A stretch of DNA of 54,480 nt, taken from assembly GCA_964537205.1 (NCBI GenBank), contig CAZHZH010000002.1:1-54480 (forward strand), given 5' to 3'. This document shows, one piece after another, positions 1 through 9,365 of this stretch. The notes under the pieces were generated by a model. That model made no database searches and had not been told where the DNA came from. It saw nothing but the letters and a program-made list of their open reading frames with translations. This DNA comes from an uncultured Bacteroidaceae bacterium. Lineage in GTDB: Bacteria > Bacteroidota > Bacteroidia > Bacteroidales > Bacteroidaceae. The translations under genes and the position numbers were made by a program. Position 1 is the first letter of the stretch, and each line of letters opens with the position of its first letter.

Positions 1-212
1 TGCATCATGCTGCCAATGTCGATAATTGTTTGGTCACTGGAACTATACGATTCTTGTATCAACAAACTATAGTCACAGGTTTGAACTGAATCCAACTCAA
101 CCTGAATCCCTCCATCATATGATATTACAGCCAATGTGGAGCTTGTAAAGGATGTTTGCGCTTTGACTGATAATGCTGTTAGTAGCATCATGATAAACAT
201 AATTTTTTTCAT
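1..212 (-). CDS. N-terminal part of a secreted protein of unknown function (gene runs off the left edge of the window)
   Basis: The reverse-strand ATG at 212 opens MKKIMFIMMLLTALSVKAQTSF..., a typical signal peptide. The frame stays open to position 1. A TAnnTTTG box lies about 40 nt upstream. Confidence 0.45.
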   Translation of the reverse strand, partial: MKKIMFIMMLLTALSVKAQTSFTSSTLAVISYDGGIQVELDSVQTCDYSLLIQESYSSSDQTIIDIGSMM

Positions 213-253
213 ATTCAATAAGATATTTATAGTTAATGATAATTATTCAATTA

Positions 254-261
254 CAAATGTA
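254..261 (-). promoter_or_regulatory. Bacteroidetes -7 promoter box (TACATTTG on minus strand)
   Basis: Matches TAnnTTTG. It lies about 42 nt upstream of the ATG at 212. A second match, TATATTTG, is at 281-288. Confidence 0.4.
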
Positions 262-347
262 ATGATTTATCTTGAATAAACAAATATATTTAGATGAAAA
301 ATGTAACTGCGTGAGTATTTATAACCAAATTCTGCCTTGTTTTGCTT

Positions 348-364
348 GCACCTTATTATATATA
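348..364 (-). repeat. Copy 1 of recurring intergenic motif TATATAATAAGGTG (reads TATATATAATAAGGTGC on minus strand)
   Basis: The 14-nt core is identical to the copies at 34367-34383 (-) and 40798-40815 (+). Here it is part of the hairpin CACCTT(349-354)/AAGGTG(371-376). Confidence 0.6.
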
Positions 365-410
365 CGTGCGAAGGTGGGGCGATATGGAAGGCCAAGGTAA
401 AAGAAAACGG

Positions 411-2648
411 TTATGTTGACGCAGACCTGTATTCGCTTGGCAGTACTCCGAACATCTTCTTGAAGTTGGCTGCGAATGCCTTATGCGTATTGTAGCCGAT
501 ACGCTCCGCAATTTCGCTTATTGGCAGATTGGTGGCGGACAACAGTTCTGCGGCGTGTTTCAACCGCACGCTGCGGATGAAATCGCTTGGGGTGATGCCG
601 AGCATGGTGCGCAACTTGGAGTAGAGTGCGGACCGGCTCATGCAGACATCAGCCGCCAACTGGTTCGCCCCGTAGTCGGAATCGCTGATGTGGGCTTCGA
701 TGGTGCGCAGCATCTGTTCTGTCAGTCGCTCCTCCTCGCTTCCCACGCTGATTTTCCGTGGGTCGATGTGCGTGCTTTCTGCAAACTGGTGGCGTGCGTA
801 GTCGCGCAGTTCAAACAGGCGGTTGACTCTTTCGTCGTTTTCTCGCTCCAACTTTTGCCTATGTCGTTTGAGATAGGACTGTATGATGGCAAAGAGCGTC
901 CCTAATATAATAATAAGGTATAGGAGTTTCGCCCACCAAGTGAGCCAAAGGGGCGGTGCGATGGTGAATGAAACTCTTAGAGGGTTACCCCACGATCCAT
1001 TGAATATGGTTGATTGTGCCTCGAATGTGTAGTCACCAGGTGGCAATGAGCGGTATTCCACTGAGCAAAGGGCTCCGTCGCGACCCTCGTCGCTTTGATG
1101 CCAATCGGTATCAGAATTGACCAGTCGGTAGCGATAGAGCGTGTGGGACGGCGTTGCATAGTTGAGCGCTGAGAAATAGAATCGGAGGTTGTTTGTATGG
1201 TAGTTGAATACCATTTTGCCAGACAAAAACTTGTCTGATTGGACTGGGGTGTCGTTTGCTTCGAGCATTGTAAGGACTACTCCGGTGGGCGTGCCTGTCG
1301 GTATTATGCTGTCGGGATGGAACAGTACGACATCGTCATTGTGGGCGAACGCGAGGCGGGAATCAGCTGTGAGGCAGGCTGCACGCTCGGTCATGGATAC
1401 GGGTGGAACACCGTCGCCGGTTCCGAGATTGATTATAAAAGGCGTTATGCGTGAGATCCCGCACGATGTGCCTGCCCAGACGTTGCCCAAGGCATCGGAC
1501 ACAAGGCTGCGTATACAATTGTTGGCCAGACCTTCAATTCGTGTGCAGGTGTAATCGGGCGCATTGCCTGTAGACGTACTGTTTTTGCGTTTGTGAGGCG
1601 ACAGGCGGAAGAGTCCGTTTTGTGTTCCGACCCACAGGCATCCCCGTTTGTCACTAAGCATGCAATTATATTTGTCGGAGCGGCTCTCAATGATTTCCCT
1701 TTGTGGAAAGTCGGCGAGGGTGTCGGTTTTGACATCGAGCAGGAAAGCGCCATTTTGTGTGTATACTGCCGTCCAGCGGTTGTTGATAGGGCATGCTCCC
1801 ACGAAATAGCGGTAGCGTGACAGCTCTGGCAGTTTTTTGTTAAGCGACGTGAATGTCCGCTGTTCTGGATTGAAGTAGCCAAGTTCGTGAATGGTGTAGC
1901 AAAGAAGGAACCGGTGGTCGGGCAGCTCGGTGATAAAGCTCATCTGTACGTGTGTCAGCCCGCTGACATTGCCGTTGTGGTACACTGATTGACTTGTACC
2001 ATTGAGGCAATAGAGTCCGTCATGACCGCACCTCCACTTCCTTCCCTTGCTGTCGGTCATTTGAGTCGTTTGTCGTAATAGTGAGTCGTTATGGACGACC
2101 TGCGCCGTATGGCGTGCGGGAGTGATATAGTAGATGCCGTCGGTACCTGTTCCCACCCATGTTCCGCCCTGTCGGTCGACCGTGGCACATGTCGCTTGTG
2201 TTGCCAGTCCGTATGATGTCAGCCATTGCCTGTCGTTCAACGTGTCGTTGCCCGTTTCGCCTGTTATGAAACGTTGTATTGTGGCATCAGCGGTGAGCGC
2301 GTCAAAGTCGTAGCGAAATGAGCGGGTGCGTGCGTCAAAGACGAAGATGCGGTAGAAGTCGCGAATCCAAAGCAGGGAGTCGCCTTGCCAAGTATGGCCA
2401 TATCCCTTGATGTAGTGCTTCAGCCGGAAAGTCTTGTTACGTTTACAAGGAAGTGTGGTAAACGCTTTGCCGTCGGATAGGCAAAAGGCACCTTCGCAGT
2501 TGACTAACATTTGTCCGTCAGGCAACTCTATTATCTGTCGTATTTCACCCGTAGGCAGACCGTCGGCCGCTGTCCAGTGGTGTGTTATGGCATTTGCCAA
2601 GGCATTAGACAGTATCGCCAATAGAGTTAATATGATTCTGCGTCCCAT
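411..2648 (-). CDS. Membrane-anchored one-component regulator: periplasmic beta-propeller (Reg_prop-like) + Y_Y_Y domain, single TM helix, cytoplasmic AraC/XylS HTH. No kinase or receiver modules.
   Basis: 745-aa ORF. Y_Y_Y-type segment: NNLRFYFSALNYATPSHTLYRYRL...PPGDYTFEAQ. TM helix: WWAKLLYLIIILGTLFAIIQSYL. C-terminal AraC HTH: ISEIAERIGYNTHKAFAANFKKMFGVLPSEYR. There is no HisKA, HATPase or REC-like sequence between the TM helix and the HTH. Confidence 0.8.
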   Translation of the reverse strand: MGRRIILTLLAILSNALANAITHHWTAADGLPTGEIRQIIELPDGQMLVNCEGAFCLSDGKAFTTLPCKRNKTFRLKHYIKGYGHTWQGDSLLWIRDFYRIFVFDARTRSFRYDFDALTADATIQRFITGETGNDTLNDRQWLTSYGLATQATCATVDRQGGTWVGTGTDGIYYITPARHTAQVVHNDSLLRQTTQMTDSKGRKWRCGHDGLYCLNGTSQSVYHNGNVSGLTHVQMSFITELPDHRFLLCYTIHELGYFNPEQRTFTSLNKKLPELSRYRYFVGACPINNRWTAVYTQNGAFLLDVKTDTLADFPQREIIESRSDKYNCMLSDKRGCLWVGTQNGLFRLSPHKRKNSTSTGNAPDYTCTRIEGLANNCIRSLVSDALGNVWAGTSCGISRITPFIINLGTGDGVPPVSMTERAACLTADSRLAFAHNDDVVLFHPDSIIPTGTPTGVVLTMLEANDTPVQSDKFLSGKMVFNYHTNNLRFYFSALNYATPSHTLYRYRLVNSDTDWHQSDEGRDGALCSVEYRSLPPGDYTFEAQSTIFNGSWGNPLRVSFTIAPPLWLTWWAKLLYLIIILGTLFAIIQSYLKRHRQKLERENDERVNRLFELRDYARHQFAESTHIDPRKISVGSEEERLTEQMLRTIEAHISDSDYGANQLAADVCMSRSALYSKLRTMLGITPSDFIRSVRLKHAAELLSATNLPISEIAERIGYNTHKAFAANFKKMFGVLPSEYRSAST

Positions 2649-2675
2649 ATGAGTGTGACTATGCTTCTATTGTTA

Positions 2676-2683
2676 CAAAGATA
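2676..2683 (-). promoter_or_regulatory. -7 promoter box (TATCTTTG on minus strand) for the regulator gene
   Basis: TAnnTTTG match 28 nt upstream of the ATG at 2648. Confidence 0.5.
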
Positions 2684-2823
2684 CAACTTTTTGGTTGGTT
2701 GACCGTCGCTTACGTCCAAAATACGAATAATTTGATAAGCCCGAACGTCCTTTTTTTCGATAAAAACGTTTGAACGCATCGAATTTGGACGAATGGGGAG
2801 ATTGTTCGTTAATGATAATAATG

Positions 2824-2831
2824 TAAATTTG
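2824..2831 (+). promoter_or_regulatory. -7 promoter box (TAAATTTG) for the lyase-like gene
   Basis: TAnnTTTG match 37 nt upstream of the ATG at 2868. Confidence 0.5.
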
Positions 2832-2867
2832 CAGCGACAAAACTAATTACTTAAATTCAAAACGTCT

Positions 2868-5624
2868 ATGAAATCAAGAACAATCCTTTTAATTATTGCG
2901 GTACTGGCTGGCGGCATGGTGCGGGCGCAGGAAGTGACAAGCGGTTATGATACCGATCGCGGGTTCGTACATCCCGGCGGACTGCATACCCAGGCGGATT
3001 TCGACCGTATCAAACAACAACTCGCCGACGGAAACACAAAAGTCACCGCCGCTTACAATGTCTTGAAATCGGCTGAGTTCGCCCAGTCGACGTGCAGCAC
3101 ATATCCGGTGGAGACAATTGTCAGAGGCGGCAGTGGCGGACAGAACTATATTAATGCGGCGCGCGGAGCCGCTATCGCATATCAGAATGGATTGAGATGG
3201 AAGATAGAGGGGACGGAGGCCAATGCGAAACACGCCGTCGATGTGTTGATGGCTTGGGCGAGAACCACGAAACTTGTAACCGGCGACTCAAACTACGCCT
3301 TGGCTGCGGGGTTATATGGTTATGAATTCGCACAGGCGGCTGAGCTGGTACGCGACTATGAAGGCTGGTCGCACGATGACTTCGAGACGTTCAAACAGTG
3401 GATGCTGGAGGTGTGGTATCCGAGTTGCATAGGGTTCTTGCGTGGACGAAACGGTACGTGGGAGAACTCCGGCAAATGGTGGCAGGCTCCAGGTCACTAT
3501 TGGTCGAACTGGGGATTGTGCAACGCCCTTGCGGTAGTCAGCATCGGAGTGTTGTGTGATGACGTGTATATATATAATCAAGGTATGTCGTATATGAAGT
3601 ACGACCAGGTTGGCACATTTACCGATCCTCGCACGTCGGATCCTATATTGAACGACGGATTGACTGAGTTTCTCGGCAATCTTGTTGTGACAACATCCCA
3701 GTCGGAATTGGAGACAGGCGCATACGGCAAACTCGGACAGATGAACGAGAGCGGACGTGACACGGGACATGCTGCGATGGCCGCCGGGCTTGCTGTCGAC
3801 ATAGCGCATCAGGCGTGGAACCAGGGTGACGACCTTTTCGCCTATATGGACCACCGGCTTGCCGCAGGTATAGAGTATATAGCCGCGCAGACCCAAAGTG
3901 TCGAAGGGCTGCCTTGGACTAACTATAAGTATGGTACAAACGGCATTTATTATACCGATTCACGTTGTTGGACGATGACTGGTCCGGCTCTTGGTGCTCA
4001 GATGCGGCCATATTGGGGAACTGTCATCGGCATCTATGAGGGAGTGAAGGGCGTGCGTATGCCTTTCTCTGAGAAGGCTTATAATGAAATGGGTATTGAC
4101 GCTGGCGGTATGGGCAGTACCAGCGGAGGGTATGACCACCTGGGCTACTCCGTCCTGATGAATACTTATGGGGACGGTGTCGCATCCGCCGACGAGGCGC
4201 CTACCGAACTGTCGGGCAAGATTGAGTACAGTGGCACGTTCAATTCCAATCTGATTCCAAGTCTGACTGTAGAACGCACTTTGGGCAATGTTGACGGCAG
4301 TGTGATTGCGCACAATGAGTTGGGCGGACTTGTGAACACGTACACGACCAATGTAAATACAGGGGTTCCTACGGGGGAGACGGTGACACTGATGCCTCAG
4401 TTGCCAGACGGAGAGGAAGACACTGGCGACTGGCAATGGGAAACAGGTGAAACGACACGCAACATAACGGTGCAAACCGACCATAGCTACGTCTATCGTG
4501 TCACCTATACCAACAAGAACGGCATCAAAAGCCGGCAGTGCTTTCCGATAGCGGTGAAGGGCGACTGCATACCAACAAGACTCACCCCGAGTGTCACGTA
4601 TAATTCGGTGACTACCGAGACCGATACAATAGACGTGTTATACGGGAAGACTGTCTCTCTGTCGGTAGCACCTGCGTGCGGATGGGGAACTTACAAGTGG
4701 TCGACCGGCGCACAGACACAATCCATTACGACTTCAGCCGTCCATGACGACCAGGAAGTATCGGTCACGTATACCAACCAGGGAGGCGCGACGACTACCC
4801 GTGTGTTCCACATACATGTATTGATGGGAATACCCTACAGTGTGAATAATGGCATTACGACAGAAGGATCGGAGGTCATAGCCGAACAAGGCGACACGGT
4901 GACACTGGGCTTGACCACCCCTGCGTCCGTCTTGTGGCCGAAGGTGTCATGGAGCGACGGCACATCGGGCAGCAAGACATTGAAGTTGGATAACGTACAA
5001 GAGAGCGGAGAATATACGGTCACTTATACGATGTCGGGCGTCACGTACTCGTTTACCTTCAACTTGTACGTGAGAGACAAGAACTTTGCCACAATCGACG
5101 CAGGCAATTACGCTATTGTGCATGCCGCAAGCGGAAGGCTGCTCACCGCAGGCGGTTCGGGCGAACTTGTGACGTTTGAGGATGGCGATGTGGACAACCC
5201 GTCGGAAGGCCAGGTGTGGTATATAGCCAACAAGGGCAACTCAAGGCACTGCATTGTAAGCCTGCCGGACAGCCTCGGACTGACTTCTGGCGCAAAACTT
5301 GGAAAGACCACGTTCTATTCCTTCTACTTTGATTCGGCTATCGGCTCTGCCCGTTACGACATCCATACTGGATTGACTACCAGTACGTCAAAGTACTGGG
5401 CGGCAGATGATGATGGGACGGTGGTTACAGACAATACAACAATCACTCAGTTTCCGTTCCTACTCGTCAGCATAAGTGACAACACAGGCATAAGCGTCAT
5501 ACACGCTTCAAACGATAATGACGCGAATGGGGCGGCTTACGATCTCACCGGACGCAAGGTCTTGTTCACTGACGGACTGCCGCATGGCATATACATAGTT
5601 AATGGAAAGAAGGTCATGAAATAG
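2868..5624 (+). CDS. Secreted alginate-lyase-like (alpha/alpha-toroid, PF05426-type) protein with three Ig-like repeats, a ricin-B-like segment and a T9SS C-terminal sorting domain
   Basis: 918-aa ORF with a signal peptide (LLIIAVLAGGMVRAQ). N-terminal motifs: FVHPGGLHTQADFDRIK and HYWSNWG. Three repeats share W-x-[TD]-G...VTYT (DWQWETGETT..RVTYTNKNG; YKWSTGAQTQ..SVTYTNQGG; VSWSDGTSGS..TVTYTMSG). The C-terminus YDLTGRKVLFTDGLPHGIYIVNGKKVMK is a typical T9SS CTD. Confidence 0.75.
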   Translation: MKSRTILLIIAVLAGGMVRAQEVTSGYDTDRGFVHPGGLHTQADFDRIKQQLADGNTKVTAAYNVLKSAEFAQSTCSTYPVETIVRGGSGGQNYINAARGAAIAYQNGLRWKIEGTEANAKHAVDVLMAWARTTKLVTGDSNYALAAGLYGYEFAQAAELVRDYEGWSHDDFETFKQWMLEVWYPSCIGFLRGRNGTWENSGKWWQAPGHYWSNWGLCNALAVVSIGVLCDDVYIYNQGMSYMKYDQVGTFTDPRTSDPILNDGLTEFLGNLVVTTSQSELETGAYGKLGQMNESGRDTGHAAMAAGLAVDIAHQAWNQGDDLFAYMDHRLAAGIEYIAAQTQSVEGLPWTNYKYGTNGIYYTDSRCWTMTGPALGAQMRPYWGTVIGIYEGVKGVRMPFSEKAYNEMGIDAGGMGSTSGGYDHLGYSVLMNTYGDGVASADEAPTELSGKIEYSGTFNSNLIPSLTVERTLGNVDGSVIAHNELGGLVNTYTTNVNTGVPTGETVTLMPQLPDGEEDTGDWQWETGETTRNITVQTDHSYVYRVTYTNKNGIKSRQCFPIAVKGDCIPTRLTPSVTYNSVTTETDTIDVLYGKTVSLSVAPACGWGTYKWSTGAQTQSITTSAVHDDQEVSVTYTNQGGATTTRVFHIHVLMGIPYSVNNGITTEGSEVIAEQGDTVTLGLTTPASVLWPKVSWSDGTSGSKTLKLDNVQESGEYTVTYTMSGVTYSFTFNLYVRDKNFATIDAGNYAIVHAASGRLLTAGGSGELVTFEDGDVDNPSEGQVWYIANKGNSRHCIVSLPDSLGLTSGAKLGKTTFYSFYFDSAIGSARYDIHTGLTTSTSKYWAADDDGTVVTDNTTITQFPFLLVSISDNTGISVIHASNDNDANGAAYDLTGRKVLFTDGLPHGIYIVNGKKVMK

Positions 5625-5673
5625 ATTTGAGACTTAAAGCACTTACCCATTATGGCTGTGGAACTTAACAAGA

Positions 5674-8028
5674 ATGCAAGACAATAAGAACAAGCAGACG
5701 ATGATAAAAAAAGTTTTCCTTGCGTTGCTCGTGATGTCATGTTGTCCGGCAATATGCCTGCGTGGTCAGGAATACAAGATGGCTGGTCCATATGAGATAA
5801 TAGCGCGTGACGGGCGGTATGCGAACACCAAGAATGGAAGCGAACGTGACATGCAGGCAGCGCTGAGGTTTGCCGAGTCGGGTGATACGGCGAGTGCGAA
5901 GAGCATAATCAACGCCTATGCATCGACCTTGCAGGGCTTTGACGGTCATGACGCCCCTTTGTGTACCATCCAAGCGTATTGGCTGGTTAAAGCAATGCTG
6001 GCCGTAGGTGAAAGAAACGAATCATGGACGGCTATGATAAGGCGCGCCATACTGCCGACAATCGACAAGTTCGAAGCCGACAGCCCATACGCAAACGGCA
6101 ATTGGGGTGCTATTGTCAACCGCTGCCGCATGGCGTGTGCCGTCTATCTTGAAGACAGCGCGCTTTACAAGAAATCGACCAGCTACTTTTTGTATGCGAA
6201 CGACAACGGCTCGCTGCCCCGTTATGTCGGCGAGACGGGTCAGTGTCAGGAAACAGGACGCGACCAGTCGCACGCACAATTAGGCCTTGGTGCTCAAGCC
6301 GATATTTGCGAGATGGCATGGAAACAAGGTGACGACTTATGGGGAGCGTTCGACAACCGCCTGATGAAGGGGATAGAGTATTCGGCGCGTTATAATTTAG
6401 GTTACGACGTTCCATTTTCTACTTGGACTGATTGTACCGGCCTGTATAATGATTGGACAGAGCCTGGAGAAATGGGACGCGGAAGACTGTGGGACATATA
6501 TCAACTGCCATACGACCACTATGTGAAGCGCCTGGGATTGAAGATGCCTTATACGGAGCGGGTACTTGCCTTGCAAGCCAAGGCTGAGGCAAAAGGTCAA
6601 AGCAGGGAAACGAGGGCTCCAGGTGTGAAAGAGTCTGTCAAGTTGCATCAGGCGTTCACGTATCCCGCACCCAAAGGAGCACCATTGAAAAACGACTATG
6701 ATGTGTACGTAAGGTCACGAGGCAACAGCGATTGGACTCGTATTGACACCTACATGGCGAAAGTGAACGCTCCTTTGGCCAACGGAACACATGGCATAAG
6801 GGAAATATCGTACGCCTTCTTTGATTTTACAGGAGATGTATATGTACGGGTTGTTACTAAAAACAAGACGTTCGACAGTGTACGCGTCCGCCCGGATTAT
6901 CGTGGAATCATCGCCAATAAGCAGAACGATTCCACAGTGCAGTTCTTGCTGTTTCAACCGGAGAATGTGAGCGTCGAGTTCGACGGAGATATAACAAGCA
7001 ATCTTCTGCTCTTTACATCGAAGCCGTGCCAAACAGAAGAAGAAGCCCGACGTGAAGCAAAAAGGCTGAAGCGTACGTTCGTCAGCTATCCGCCTGCCTA
7101 TTACGATACCAGGGATACAATCCGGATTCCGTCGAATACAACCGTTTATTTGTCGCCTGGCAGTTATTTCACAGGAACATTCGCCATTGAGGACGCGGAG
7201 AATGTGAGTATTGTGGGAAGGGGGGTCGCCCGTCCTGTAGCAGGATGGGAGGGATGCCATGTGTACCGTAGTAGGAATGTAATGATTGACGGACTCATCT
7301 TGAACACATGCCCCATAGGCGGCAGCGACGGAGTGACTCTTCATGATATACGAAGCATCTCGCATCCGTCATGGGGCGACGGATTGAATGTCTTTGCGTC
7401 GTCAAACATTCTTTACGACCGTGTGTTTTGTCGCAATTCAGACGATTGCACCACCGCTTACGCCACCCGCAAGGGATTCAGCGGATCAGTACACAATATA
7501 CACATGCGCAATTCTACTTTGTGGGCCGATGTGGCTCACCCCATATTCATCGGTATACATGGAAATCCCGAGGTGGGGGACAGCATAGTGGAACTTGTAT
7601 ATGAGAATATCGACATACTGTGTCAGGCAGAACCTCAGATAGACTACCAAGGCTGTCTCGCCATAAATTGCGGAGACGGAAATTTTGTGAAGAACGTTCT
7701 TTTCGACAACATACGCATCGAACAAATCAGACAGGGAAGCATATTGCATCTCACTGTCGGATGGAACCGAAAGTATTGTGCCGCGCCTGGTGGTGGAATA
7801 GAGGATGTCGTGTTTCGCAACATCCGCTATTATGGCGACATGCCCAACATGTCAGTTGTAAGCGGATATGATGAGGAACACAAGATAAGGAACGTCGTGT
7901 TTGAGGACTTGAAAATAAACGGCAGGCACATCAGTGATGATATGCCAGGCAAACTCCGTTGGTACAAGACGGCCGACTATGCGGACTTTCTTATCGGTGA
8001 ACACGTTGACGGTGTTCTGTTCAAGTGA
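5674..8028 (+). CDS. Secreted two-domain enzyme: alginate-lyase-like N-domain (paralogue of the upstream gene) fused to a right-handed beta-helix glycosidase-like domain (GH28/GH49-like)
   Basis: 784-aa ORF. The signal peptide starts at MIKKVFLALLVMSCC (alternative start at 5701). ETGRDQSHAQLGLGAQADICEMAWKQGDDLWGAFDNRLMKGIEY parallels ESGRDTGHAAMAAGLAVDIAHQAWNQGDDLFAYMDHRLAAGIEY in the neighbouring gene. The C-terminal half has beta-helix-like periodic motifs: WGDGLNV, CRNSDDCT, IGIHGN, FDNIRIE and FRNIRYY. Confidence 0.7.
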   Translation: MQDNKNKQTMIKKVFLALLVMSCCPAICLRGQEYKMAGPYEIIARDGRYANTKNGSERDMQAALRFAESGDTASAKSIINAYASTLQGFDGHDAPLCTIQAYWLVKAMLAVGERNESWTAMIRRAILPTIDKFEADSPYANGNWGAIVNRCRMACAVYLEDSALYKKSTSYFLYANDNGSLPRYVGETGQCQETGRDQSHAQLGLGAQADICEMAWKQGDDLWGAFDNRLMKGIEYSARYNLGYDVPFSTWTDCTGLYNDWTEPGEMGRGRLWDIYQLPYDHYVKRLGLKMPYTERVLALQAKAEAKGQSRETRAPGVKESVKLHQAFTYPAPKGAPLKNDYDVYVRSRGNSDWTRIDTYMAKVNAPLANGTHGIREISYAFFDFTGDVYVRVVTKNKTFDSVRVRPDYRGIIANKQNDSTVQFLLFQPENVSVEFDGDITSNLLLFTSKPCQTEEEARREAKRLKRTFVSYPPAYYDTRDTIRIPSNTTVYLSPGSYFTGTFAIEDAENVSIVGRGVARPVAGWEGCHVYRSRNVMIDGLILNTCPIGGSDGVTLHDIRSISHPSWGDGLNVFASSNILYDRVFCRNSDDCTTAYATRKGFSGSVHNIHMRNSTLWADVAHPIFIGIHGNPEVGDSIVELVYENIDILCQAEPQIDYQGCLAINCGDGNFVKNVLFDNIRIEQIRQGSILHLTVGWNRKYCAAPGGGIEDVVFRNIRYYGDMPNMSVVSGYDEEHKIRNVVFEDLKINGRHISDDMPGKLRWYKTADYADFLIGEHVDGVLFK

Positions 8029-8061
8029 TTATGACAGCTGGCGCAAGAAATGCCGTGCCTG

Positions 8062-9357
8062 TTATTCCTCGGTGTCGATCTTCACCAAAGCGGTTACCGC
8101 GAATGTAACAAGACAGAGAGCCATTACAATCAGGAAGAATGTCGGATAGCCAGTATGCGATGAGATCAAGCCCGACACCATGCCTGGCAGCATTATGCCT
8201 CCGAGATACTGTCCAGCCGTACAAATGGAGAACACGGCCGTGCTGCGTTCACCACGGGAGAAGGTTACGAGATAGAGAGTGTATGCGGCGAATCCCAACC
8301 CATAGCCTATTTGCTCAATACATACGCAGCTGCCGATAATCCACAGATTGCCTGTTGGGAAGAAACTGAGATATACATATACAATGTCGGGCAGGGTTAT
8401 GCAAAGTACCAATGGCCATAAGCATTTCTTAAGCCCCCATTTCGCTACCACCCAACCTCCAATAATGCCGCCCGCCAGCAATCCGATGGTGCCAAGTGTC
8501 CCATAAATCAAGCCATAGTCAAATGCTTCCATGCCCAAGCCTCCTTCTGAAGTGTCGCGGGTAAGGAATAACGGAACTATTTTGGTAAGCAATCCTTCCG
8601 GCAGGCGGAATAGCAGAATAAAACACAGTGCTGTTATAATGTGCGGCTTTGTGGCAAATACTTTTAAGGTGTTCCAGAATTCCGTGACTTGTTCTTTAAA
8701 TACAAAAGTCTCGTGTACAGGCACTTCGACTTTTGGCAAGATGGCGGAATGGTATAATGCAAGAGCTATCATGCACAATGCCAGCAACAAGAATATGATC
8801 GACCATCCCGTATGAGCGTCGTTTACGATTTTATATTTGGTCATCAAACCATAGAGCATTACGAGCCCCCCTTGTCCTAAGACCATTCCGATGCGATAGA
8901 ATGTATTCCTGATGCCGACAAAGAACTCCTGTTGTTTGTCCGTCAGTCCGATTATGTAGAATCCGTCAGCGGAGATGTCGTGTGTGGCACTTGAAAAGGC
9001 AATTAACATGAAGAGCGCAAGTGTGCATTGCAGCCAGTATGCCGCCCAAGGGATGGAGAATGCGACAAGAGCCAAGGCTGTACCCATGGTGAACTGCATT
9101 GAGACAATCCACCATCGTTTTGTCTTCATGTTGTCTATGATGGGACTCCATAGAGGCTTTATAACCCACGGAATGCCGAGCCAGCCTGTATAGAATGTAA
9201 TCTCATCGTCTTGAAGACCGAATTCTTTAAACATTATGACGGAAATGTACATTACGGCTGACAGGGGAAGTGCTTCTCCTATATAGAGAGTCGGTACCCA
9301 TGCCCAAGCGCGCATTGTGCTTCCTTTGCTGTTTGTTTGTAGGTTCGTGACCATCAT
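8062..9357 (-). CDS. ampG: AmpG-family MFS permease (muropeptide transporter type)
   Basis: 431-aa polytopic ORF. The N-terminal region EALPLSAVMYISVIMFKEFGLQDDEITFYTGWLGIPWVIKPLWSPIIDNMKTKRWW is characteristic of AmpG-type MFS proteins. It begins 8 nt downstream of the SpoIID-like gene. Confidence 0.75.
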   Translation of the reverse strand: MMVTNLQTNSKGSTMRAWAWVPTLYIGEALPLSAVMYISVIMFKEFGLQDDEITFYTGWLGIPWVIKPLWSPIIDNMKTKRWWIVSMQFTMGTALALVAFSIPWAAYWLQCTLALFMLIAFSSATHDISADGFYIIGLTDKQQEFFVGIRNTFYRIGMVLGQGGLVMLYGLMTKYKIVNDAHTGWSIIFLLLALCMIALALYHSAILPKVEVPVHETFVFKEQVTEFWNTLKVFATKPHIITALCFILLFRLPEGLLTKIVPLFLTRDTSEGGLGMEAFDYGLIYGTLGTIGLLAGGIIGGWVVAKWGLKKCLWPLVLCITLPDIVYVYLSFFPTGNLWIIGSCVCIEQIGYGLGFAAYTLYLVTFSRGERSTAVFSICTAGQYLGGIMLPGMVSGLISSHTGYPTFFLIVMALCLVTFAVTALVKIDTEE

Positions 9358-9365
9358 GTACTTGT

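Noticed and set aside
6715-7365. 216-aa minus-strand ORF inside the lyase/beta-helix gene, and 11825..12439 (204 aa, plus strand) inside the GT2/HIT fusion gene.
   Set aside because: They are shadow ORFs on the strand opposite to genes with clear domain content.
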